Of a stretch of DNA of 32,000 nucleotides, positions 9,511 through 16,791 are shown piece by piece. Position 1 is the first letter of the stretch, and each line of letters opens with the position of its first letter. The DNA comes from Candidatus Kuenenia stuttgartensis (GTDB taxonomy: Bacteria; Planctomycetota; Brocadiia; Brocadiales; Brocadiaceae). Under the pieces are notes generated by a model. It saw only the letters and a list, made by a program, of their open reading frames with translations. It searched no databases and was not told the DNA's origin. The position numbers and the translations under genes were made by a program. Location: NCBI RefSeq assembly GCF_900232105.1, contig NZ_LT934425.1:600001-632000 (forward strand). Reading direction: 5' to 3'.

Positions 9511-10270
9511 CGCTACCTCCTTTAAATAAAATATGCAATGACATTGCTTTTTAAGCTTTCACCGCTTCGCACAATTCCTCTGTCTTTGCAAGTTGAGTAT
9601 GATATTGGGTCGCCTTTTTTTAGCCATCTTCAAAGGGAACTTACGGCATCCATATTGGTTTCTCTCCGCGTCTTTGAAAAGCAATTCGTAAATCACAATT
9701 ATCTTGCGCCGGTATATGATGTTTTACTGATAGCAAACAAAAGACCAAAAAGTCCATATCGGATTTACGATTCCATTGCTAACTGCCAAAGATATAAGAA
9801 GATAAATACAAATTTAAAATAAAATAATGATTCTCCATTATTTTGCCAAGCGCACTCTCTATAATACAAACTGCATAATGTATGCAGTAGTTTTAGCAGT
9901 ATATCCACAGGAGAAGGCCTGTTAAATAGTGGAGAATCAACATAAAAATAATATGGCATACAGACAAGATACACTTAAAAGAAATGGTTTTAGAAAAGTA
10001 TTCTTATGCAAAAATTGCGCGATTGTATACAATGCCACGAAGTGAATGTTATTACTATAACCCTGCATTTTGAAAAATGTATTGGAACGAATGGTATGCT
10101 GATATGTGTTGCTATTGGAAAATATTTCTTCTACAAAATACCTAAGTAAAGAAAGTCTTATTACTTAGGTTTACAATACTATAATTTGTGTAACAACAAA
10201 TTTTGTTCTTTTTTTAAACGCAATATTTGCGCAATTACGGATTTTTTCTGAATGAATTGTCACAATAAGA

Positions 10271-10329
10271 CGAAATTCGAAATACGAAACAAATTCTAAT
10301 GATAAAATGATTTGAAATTCTAAACGAGG
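10271..10329 (+). repeat. intergenic repeat 'A-core' copy
   Basis: cgaaattcgaaatacgaaacaaattctaatgataaaatgatttgaaattctaaacgagg is nearly identical to the reverse complement of 16886-16938. It is related to the gaaatacgaaac cores at 16801, 17927 and 24795. Confidence 0.75.
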
Positions 10330-10732
10330 TTGAAGCACGATCAAAAATCATTGTTGGAGATTTCGAAAGAGATTATGCGAAAAACTATCTGATGGTGTAT
10401 GTGAGGGAAACCCTGTTATTGCTATTTTCGACAAAAGGTGGGAATTCGAAGATACTGCAATTCGTATGTTTTTATCTGTATTAATTGATATAAACTGTGA
10501 TATAACATATCGCTAAAAGTATTGTAACAATCTCTGATAATTTATTTTTTGAAAAACCTCAATAAATTTTATGGAAAAGGGGGATGAAAACCTGGAATGA
10601 ACTGACGTAAATACTATGAAACATCACAAGGCGCTGTAAAATAGTATCCCACACGGAGCCTTACGTCTTGGCGCTTCCAATGTGATATACATCGTGTGGA
10701 ATTTAATTTCTAAAAATATTCAGAGGGAATAT

Positions 10733-10933
10733 ATGAGCAACTCAGAAAACGAACAGGAAGTACTTGTAGTTATATCAAAATTGAAAAACTATATCCGCTC
10801 AACCGCCGGAATGAATACGGCCGGCAATGTTGCGTCGAAGTTATCTGGCATCGTCCGCAACTTGTGCGACCAGGCAATTGAAAATGCTAAATCGGACGGA
10901 CGCAAAACGGTGATGGAAAAGGATTTTTCCTGA
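10733..10933 (+). CDS. histone-fold protein (bacterial histone / DUF1931-like singlet)
   Basis: The 66-aa product is MSNSENEQEVLVVISKLKNYIRSTAGMNTAGNVASKLSGIVRNLCDQAIENAKSDGRKTVMEKDFS. It aligns by eye to archaeal HMf-type histones (alpha1-L1-alpha2-L2, ...AxxxGRKT[VI]xxxD). A GAGGG RBS lies 6 nt upstream of the ATG at 10733. The track's upstream extension from 10682 is unlikely to be translated. Confidence 0.7.
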   Translation: MSNSENEQEVLVVISKLKNYIRSTAGMNTAGNVASKLSGIVRNLCDQAIENAKSDGRKTVMEKDFS

Positions 10934-11020
10934 ACGTCCGCCTGTTTTTAGAAAACAATTGGATGCGCTAATGATTATTATTTACAAAAATAAATAACCC
11001 TTGTGCCTCAGCAAAACATC

Positions 11021-11054
11021 TTAAGCGGGACGGCAATTAAGCCGTCCCGCTTAA
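11021..11054 (+). terminator. strong stem-loop downstream of the histone-fold gene (possible terminator)
   Basis: ttaagcgggacggc-aattaa-gccgtcccgcttaa has a perfect 14-bp stem. There is no clear U-tract afterwards, so terminator function is uncertain. Confidence 0.45.
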
Positions 11055-11120
11055 ACCTGTTGTTGCAATCTATGGCCTTGATGCTTATCCCATTTATCTT
11101 TTTGTCTCTTTCTTCATTCA

Positions 11121-11230
11121 CAGTCATCATGTTTCATTTGCAACACCCAGAAACGATGAAAATAGTTTTATAGCCATATAGTGTTGTAGTATATGTGCTT
11201 AAGCTATTTTTTGTAGTCTTACTTTCGAGC
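11121..11230 (+). repeat. 110-bp direct repeat, copy 1
   Basis: cagtcatcatgtttcatttgcaacacccagaaacgatgaaaatagttttatagccatatagtgttgtagtatatgtgcttaagctattttttgtagtcttactttcgagc recurs at 11714-11823 with about 8 mismatches (period 593 bp). Confidence 0.9.
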
Positions 11231-11242
11231 AAGGTAATTGTA

Positions 11243-11621
11243 ATGGATAAATTATACTCCGCTTACATAATGACGAATAAAAATAATACCGTACTCTACT
11301 CTACACAGGGGTTACGAATAATCTTAAAAGAAGAGTATATGAGCATAGAGAGAAGAGGGTTGAGGGGTTTACAAAAAAGTATAACGTTACAAAACTTGTA
11401 ATCGCAAGGGTCCCCGCTTGTCATTGCGAGGGTCTTTTCCGAAGCAATCAGTATACTACGAGATATTTCGTGACGTAAGAAACGTCATATCGCGGGAGAA
11501 GCAAATTAAGGGTGGCTCAATGGCTAAAAAAATAGAATTAATTAATGAAATGAAGGAAGGAAGAATCTCTATGACGGTTTATGAGATTGCTTCGGAAAAG
11601 GCCCTCGCAATGACAAGCTGA
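11243..11621 (+). pseudogene. GIY-YIG nuclease family (UPF0213-type) gene, disrupted
   Basis: MDKLYSAYIMTNKNNTVLY is followed by a 5-nt tandem duplication (tactc|tactc) that breaks the frame. The shifted frame gives TGVTNNLKRRVYEHREKRVEGFTKKYNVTKLV. An insert of about 49 nt follows, and then YYEIFRDVRNVISREKQIKGGSMAKKIELINEM... (ORF 11418..11621). Confidence 0.7.
11416..11618. repeat. 34-bp inverted repeat pair bracketing the 3' half of the GIY-YIG gene
   Basis: 11416-11449 is gcttgtcattgcgagggtcttttccgaagcaatc. 11585-11618 is gattgcttcggaaaaggccctcgcaatgacaagc. They are reverse complements at 33 of 34 positions. A further partial copy, gaccctcacaatgacaagc, lies at 11622-11640. Confidence 0.85.
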
Positions 11622-11657
11622 GACCCTCACAATGACAAGCATGTGGTTTTGGTATGA

Positions 11658-11684
11658 TGGATAGAGCATCGGATTTCTAATCCG
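11658..11684 (+). other. tRNA-Arg(UCU)-like fragment (D-loop to anticodon arm only)
   Basis: tggatagagca-tcgga-tttctaa-tccg matches the conserved D-loop (GGATAGAGC) and an anticodon stem-loop with anticodon TCT. I could not fold an acceptor stem or a T-arm (GGTTCGAATCC) around it, so it is not an intact tRNA. Confidence 0.35.
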
Positions 11685-11713
11685 CTTCCACTTGTAATGA
11701 CAAAATAAGTCAT

Positions 11714-11823
11714 CAGTTATCATGTTGCATTTGCAACACCCAGAAACGATGAAAATGGTTTTATAGCCATATCGTGTTGTAGTATCTGTACTTAAACTAT
11801 TTTTTGTAGTCTTATTTTCGAGC
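11714..11823 (+). repeat. 110-bp direct repeat, copy 2
   Basis: See 11121-11230. The two copies bracket the GIY-YIG pseudogene and the tRNA fragment. Confidence 0.9.
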
Positions 11824-11948
11824 CAGTTTGGGTACGAGTTGTGCTTCGGTAGTCTAATAGATTACGCTTAATAGTCACAATCCATTAATATTATTTATTT
11901 GACTATAATTACAAAAAAGTTCGGGATAAATATTATATGGCATTGTAA

Positions 11949-11993
11949 AATATTAATGTAGAGACACATACAATGTGTCTCTACATTAATATT
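11949..11993. promoter_or_regulatory. perfect 21-bp inverted repeat (3-nt spacer) upstream of the ALDH gene; candidate operator or stem-loop
   Basis: aatattaatgtagagacacat-aca-atgtgtctctacattaatatt. The right arm ends 67 nt before the ATG at 12061. No U-tract follows. Confidence 0.4.
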
Positions 11994-12060
11994 GAAATTC
12001 CTAAACTTTAAATTGTTACTATTTTTTTAACATAAAAAAGCAATTTCAGGCGGGTCATAG

Positions 12061-13428
12061 ATGAAAATTACATCAATAAATCCCTATACAGAAGAGATTA
12101 TCGAAGAGTTTGAACTGCTTACGGAAAATCAGTTGCATGTGGAAATAAAGAAATCCCGCGAAGCCTTCCTTAAATGGCGTAATGTAGAAATAACCGAAAA
12201 AACGAAACTCGTTCAAAATTTAGCCATGGAATTACGGAAGGAACAAAGGAGATATGCTGCCACCATCACAAGGGAGATGGGAAAATCTATTACAGAATCC
12301 ACGGCGGAGGTGGAAAAATGCGCGAAACTGTGTGAATATTACGCAGAAAATGCCGCGGAGTTTTTGAAGACAGAGTACATTCAAACCGGAGAAAAACAAT
12401 GCTACGTAAACTTTGAACCTTTGGGAATAGTGTTGGCAATAATGCCATGGAACTTTCCTTTCTGGCAGGTATTTCGCTGCGCCGTGCCTGCAATCGTCTC
12501 CGGAAACTCCTGTGTGCTGAAGCACGCCTCCAACGTTCCACGGTCTGCCCTTGAAATAGAAAGCATTTTTACCAATGCAGGGTTTCCGCTTAACGTATTT
12601 AAGACCGTATTGATCGACGCAGGATCCGCAATAAAACTCATTGATGGAGATAAGGTGGACGCAGTTTCCCTTACCGGCAGCAATAAAGCCGGAGAACAAA
12701 TCGGGGCAATCGCGGGGAAAAGGATCAAACCCATTGTCCTTGAACTCGGTGGTTCAGATCCGTTTATCGTACTGAAAGATGCGGATATTGAAAGAGCTGC
12801 GGAAACTGCGGCAAGGGCGCGGATGCTGAACGTCGGACAAAGCTGTATTGCGGCAAAGAGGTTTATTGTTATTGAAGCCGTCGCCGGACAGTTTATCAGC
12901 AGGTTTACGGAACATTTCCGGTCTTTAAAAATGGGAGACCCTATGGATGAGAATACAACGGTATGCCCCCTGGCGCGAAGGGATTTTGTGGAAGAATTGG
13001 AAGGTCTGTTAAACGACGCAAGACTAAAAGGCGGAAAGATTGTTTTTCCGGATGAACCAAGACCCCCAAAAGGGTTCTTTTTTACACCATGCATCGTGAC
13101 GAATGCAACCCGCGAGATGAGAATTGCCAGAGAGGAAGTATTCGGGCCAATTGCCCCTGTTTTAATAGTAGCAAATGAAGAAGAGGCTGTTTTGGTTGCA
13201 AATGATACGGAATATGGTTTGGGCGCATGCATCTGGAGCAGAGACGTTGATAAAGCGCAAAGGCTTGCAACGCTCATTCAGTCGGGTATTGTGGCAATCA
13301 ACGACATGGTAAAATCGGACCCCCGAATGCCGTTTGGAGGCATAAAGAAATCAGGGATCGGAAGGGAATTGTCCCATTATGGTATTAAAGCATTTGTCAA
13401 TATAAAAACTGTAGTGGTAAAAAATTAA
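12061..13428 (+). CDS. NAD(P)+-dependent aldehyde dehydrogenase, succinate-semialdehyde dehydrogenase-like
   Basis: A 455-aa ALDH-superfamily protein. It has the catalytic Glu motif VLELGGSDP, the catalytic Cys motif GQSCIAAKR, the cofactor motif LTGSNKAGEQIG, and C-terminal PFGGIKKSGIGRE. Confidence 0.9.
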   Translation: MKITSINPYTEEIIEEFELLTENQLHVEIKKSREAFLKWRNVEITEKTKLVQNLAMELRKEQRRYAATITREMGKSITESTAEVEKCAKLCEYYAENAAEFLKTEYIQTGEKQCYVNFEPLGIVLAIMPWNFPFWQVFRCAVPAIVSGNSCVLKHASNVPRSALEIESIFTNAGFPLNVFKTVLIDAGSAIKLIDGDKVDAVSLTGSNKAGEQIGAIAGKRIKPIVLELGGSDPFIVLKDADIERAAETAARARMLNVGQSCIAAKRFIVIEAVAGQFISRFTEHFRSLKMGDPMDENTTVCPLARRDFVEELEGLLNDARLKGGKIVFPDEPRPPKGFFFTPCIVTNATREMRIAREEVFGPIAPVLIVANEEEAVLVANDTEYGLGACIWSRDVDKAQRLATLIQSGIVAINDMVKSDPRMPFGGIKKSGIGRELSHYGIKAFVNIKTVVVKN

Positions 13429-13429
13429 G

Positions 13430-15064
13430 ATGAAGGCATCTGATTTATTCGTTCACCAGTTGCTGGAAGAAGGCGTTGAATATATTTTTGGTTTGCCGGG
13501 TGAAGAAAATCTTGATTTCCTGGACTCCATTCGCAAGGCAAAGATAAAACTCTTTGTTACGCGACACGAGCAGGCGGCGGCTTTTATGGCGGCAACATAC
13601 GGAAGGCTTACCGGAAAAGCAGGGGTTTGTTTTTCAACCCTAGGGCCTGGCGCCACAAATATGGTCACCGGAGTCGCACACGCCCAGCTAATCGGCGCCC
13701 CATTAATCGCTATTACCGGACAAAAGGCGCTGGTAAATAACTGGCAGGCAAAATTTCAGGCAGTAGATATCGTCAGCCTAATGAAACCAATTACAAAACA
13801 AAGCGTGTCAATCATTGACCCAAACAACATTCCGACAATTGTAAGAGAATCATTCAAAATTGCAGAAGATGAAAGGCCGGGCGCCGTTCATGTTGAACTT
13901 CCCGAAGATGTGGCGTCTTCAAAGGCAAACGCCCCGACTCAAAAGAGGGGATTTATCAGAAGGCCATCCCCGGACCACCGCGCGATTGGTGCAGCAGCGG
14001 AACTTATTAATAAGGCAACACATCCTTTGATCATCCTTTCTTCCGGCGCAAACAGAAAACGAATCACAAAACATCTTCAGGACTTTATAAATAAGACGCA
14101 GATTTACGTAGTACACACACAAATGGGGAAAGGGGTAATCGGGGACGACTGTCCATACAGCCTGTTTGCCACAGGGATACACAAAAGGGATTACGTAAAT
14201 TGCGGCATCGATTTGGCTGATTTGATTATCACCATTGGATATAACACGGTTGAGTATCCTCCTTTTGTATGGAATAAAGACCTTCATAAGAAGATTGTAA
14301 ATATCGACTTTGTTGACGCACAAACGGATAAATATTTTAATCCGGATATTGAGGTAATCGGGGACATCTCCCATTCATTAAGAAAACTGGCGGTAAAGAT
14401 AGAGAAGAAAACCACTTTAGAATTCGAAAAACTCCGCAATTTTCTGGAAAAGAAACTGGAGGCAAAAGAAGAGGGAAAATATCCCTTTACTCCCATGGAA
14501 ATTGTGTACCACGTCAGAAAAACACTCGACAGGGAAGACATCGTCACGCTGGACAATGGCATTTACAAGCTATGGTTTTCGAGACTCTACAGAACGTATG
14601 CACCTGACACCCTGCTTCTTGACAATGCGCTTGCTACCATGGGCGCTGGATTGCCATCAGCGCTCACGGCAAAGCTGCTCAATCCCGGGAAAAAAGTGCT
14701 TGCGGTTGTTGGCGACGGCGGTTTCATGATGAATTCTCAGGAACTGGAAACGGCCGTCAGGTACAAAATACCGGTTGTGGTACTCATCGTAAATGATAAT
14801 GCCTTTGGTTTCATAAAATGGAAGCAAAAGAATATGAAGTTAAGGAATTTTGCCCTCGATTACAGCAACCCCGATTTTGTAAAGTACGCAGAGAGTTATG
14901 GCGCAAGCGGTTTTAAGATAAACAAAGGAGAACACCTTTCTGACGTACTACGCCAGGCTTTTTCCCTGAACAAACCGGCAGTCATTGAATGCCCCGTTGA
15001 CTATTCCGTAAATTACGACGTATTTTCACAGGAACTTCAAAATTGTGTGTGTGAATTGCTGTAA
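13430..15064 (+). CDS. thiamine-diphosphate enzyme of the acetolactate synthase large-subunit family (possible 2-oxoacid decarboxylase)
   Basis: The 544-aa protein has an N-terminal Pyr domain (GVEYIFGLPGEENLDF...TRHEQAAAFMAATYGRLTGKAGVCFSTLGPGATN). Its ThDP-binding motif is GDGGFMMNSQELETAVRYKIPVVVLIVNDNAFG. The start lies 1 nt after the ALDH stop, so the genes are likely co-transcribed or translationally coupled. Confidence 0.9.
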   Translation: MKASDLFVHQLLEEGVEYIFGLPGEENLDFLDSIRKAKIKLFVTRHEQAAAFMAATYGRLTGKAGVCFSTLGPGATNMVTGVAHAQLIGAPLIAITGQKALVNNWQAKFQAVDIVSLMKPITKQSVSIIDPNNIPTIVRESFKIAEDERPGAVHVELPEDVASSKANAPTQKRGFIRRPSPDHRAIGAAAELINKATHPLIILSSGANRKRITKHLQDFINKTQIYVVHTQMGKGVIGDDCPYSLFATGIHKRDYVNCGIDLADLIITIGYNTVEYPPFVWNKDLHKKIVNIDFVDAQTDKYFNPDIEVIGDISHSLRKLAVKIEKKTTLEFEKLRNFLEKKLEAKEEGKYPFTPMEIVYHVRKTLDREDIVTLDNGIYKLWFSRLYRTYAPDTLLLDNALATMGAGLPSALTAKLLNPGKKVLAVVGDGGFMMNSQELETAVRYKIPVVVLIVNDNAFGFIKWKQKNMKLRNFALDYSNPDFVKYAESYGASGFKINKGEHLSDVLRQAFSLNKPAVIECPVDYSVNYDVFSQELQNCVCELL

Positions 15065-15083
15065 TATTACCTGCTGCATAAAG

Positions 15084-15111
15084 CGCAGTCGGCAGTTCGG
15101 CAAATTGCAGA
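15084..15111 (+). repeat. short intergenic repeat 'D'
   Basis: cgcagtcggcagttcggcaaattgcaga is approximately the reverse complement of 22093-22119 (tctgcaatttgccgattgccgactgcg). Confidence 0.7.
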
Positions 15112-15174
15112 GTGTAGACTGTTGAGTGATTACTTTACCCATGAAATTTTTCAGGAAGGTGGGGGAAACGAAGA

Positions 15175-15930
15175 CTACTTAATAGGAATTTTCCTTACCT
15201 TAGAACGAAGCATAAATAAGCCCTGATGGTGAATTTGTGAAACCCGTGATTCTGAAATATCCAGCATTTGGCTGATTTCCCTCAGCATTAAGTCTTCGTA
15301 ATAATAGAGTGTTATTACCAATTTTTCACGAGCCGGCAATTCTTTAATCGCCGCAACTAAAAGTTCTTTTTCTTCCTCTGTCTCAATATTACTTAACGGG
15401 TCGCCTATTTTTGAGTCAGCAAATAGCATTCCTACCGCTTCTTTATTACCATCCTCCGACTTTGCATTCATTTCTTCGAGTGAAAGAAACATGCCGAAGT
15501 TAATTTCCACCAGTAATTTTTCCCACTCAGCAGTATCAATCTCTCCAAGTTCTGCCGCAATTTCTTCCGGGAGTGGATGCCTGTTTAATTTTTGTTCTAA
15601 TGTTGCATATGCCTCTCTCGCCAATGAGACCTTCTCACGAACGGAGCGCGGGCAGCCAATCTTGTGCCCTCAGGTGATCCAATATCGCTCCACGAATTCT
15701 TGAGACGGCAAATGTCCAAACTTCGTGTCCATGCAGGGGTCAAATCTCTCCGATGCTTCCAGCAAGCCAATAACACCGTATTCGAAAGATCCTCTTATCA
15801 CAAAAAGAAGGTAAATAAATAATAAATTTGTTTACTACATACTTTACCAGCGATAGATCTCTGTAACTAATTTTTCTCTGTCTATTAGATTTTTATTCTT
15901 GTAATTTGCTTTCCCTTCTTTTTTAACCAT
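15175..15930 (-). pseudogene. fliA: flagellar sigma factor FliA (sigma-28), frameshifted in region 2
   Basis: The intact 3' ORF 15175..15624 holds sigma regions 3-4 (LPAREKLVITLYYYEDLMLREISQMLDISESRVSQIHHQGL). Upstream pieces read in three frames: MVKKEGKANYKNKNLIDREKLVTE / LVKYVVNKFIIYLPSFCDK / DLFEYGVIGLLEASERFDP / FGTFAVSRIRGAILDHLRAQDWLP. The indels sit in short homopolymers. Confidence 0.8.
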
Positions 15931-15973
15931 ATACTTTTTTGTCCTAACATAGATTTTTATCCTCATTCGTAAC

Positions 15974-16200
15974 CTAAGTCATGAATTTTGTTTTATTTAA
16001 AAGCAATTTTCGCAAACCATACAACCATCGAATCATCGTTTTTCAGATTCGATACTCTCCAGATTATAAAAATCAATACGGTATTATCTGCCCATGCCTC
16101 CATTTTTTCCTCTATTGCGTCAGTTTCTGCCTCATTTATCTGGGATTGTTCAGGCGCACTTCTGTATCTTCTTTTGCGTGTCAGTGGTAAATACGCTAAG
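15974..16200 (-). pseudogene. FlbD-like small flagellar protein remnant (frameshifted)
   Basis: Pieces in different frames are LTRK / EDTEVRLNNP / QINEAETDAIEE...ADNTVLIF / LESIESEK / IRWLYGLRKLL. Together they resemble FlbD (...LTRLDGKEFYLN...IE.IE.TPDTV....G.KY.V.ES.EE...KI..Y) as I remember that family. Confidence 0.35.
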
Positions 16201-16368
16201 TATGTATTTTAGGAAAAAATGGCTTATAATACCCGTATTCCCGCTATTATAATACTTCTGAGCGCCAGTGCAGGCAATGATACTTTTGAGTTCAGCCCGA
16301 GAAAGCAAGAGACAAAAAATACAAGTACTATGAGATATATTCGTGCCTGAGCAAATATTTGTTCCATA

Positions 16369-16730
16369 GGGAGCATTCCTGATTTTTTGTAACAGTTTAG
16401 ATTTTTGGAAAAACAAAAATGCTCGTTCCCAAGCTCCGGCTTGGAACGTAATTGCGTTGGAAGCTCTAGCTTCCATTTAGCCGGCAAGCGAAGCTTCGTG
16501 TATTATTCGATTCAAAAGAGGTTTCCAAATATCTTGGGTAACATACTGAAAGCCTCCAAGCTGACATCATGGGTTCATTCCCTTTTCCATTCGAAGCTGG
16601 AGCTTCTCAAACAATCCCGTTCCCAAGCCGGAGCTTGGGAACGAGCGGTTTTTTTCATAGGACTAAAGTATTACAATCTTTGTAAAAAAACAAAATGTGT
16701 GAAGATATACAAAAAATCGGGAATGCACCC
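16369..16730. mobile_element. MITE copy 1 (362 bp) with 20-bp TIRs and 8-bp target-site duplication
   Basis: The left TIR is gggagcattcctgatttttt (16369-16388). The right TIR is aaaaaatcgggaatgcaccc (16711-16730), whose reverse complement gggtgcattcccgatttttt matches at 18 of 20. It is flanked by the identical 8-mer gttccata at 16361-16368 and 16731-16738. Internally there are several hairpins, including cgttcccaagc-cgga-gcttgggaacg followed by a T-run. Confidence 0.8.
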
Positions 16731-16791
16731 GTTCCATATCACCAACGCTCCCCCGTTATTTTATTTAATCTATAATAGTACTTCCATATAT

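Noticed and set aside
11021-11054. The hairpin as a member of the composite repeat family
   Set aside because: Its sequence is unrelated to the A, B, D or MITE repeats and occurs once in the window. It is kept only as a possible terminator.
11643-11715. Intact tRNA-Arg gene
   Set aside because: Only the D-loop and anticodon arm are present. The predicted acceptor arms (gtggttt versus agtcatc) do not pair and there is no T-arm.
12402-13277. 291-aa minus-strand ORF (and 12232..12699, 12290..12541) inside the ALDH gene
   Set aside because: It is antisense to a strongly supported ALDH CDS. The product is low-complexity and Ser/Ala/Thr-rich with no recognisable motifs, which is typical of a shadow ORF.
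15974-16200. PilZ-domain (YcgR-like) interpretation of the remnant between flhG and fliA
   Set aside because: Neither the RxxxR nor the D/NxSxxG motif can be found in any frame. The pieces fit FlbD better, and even that call has low confidence.
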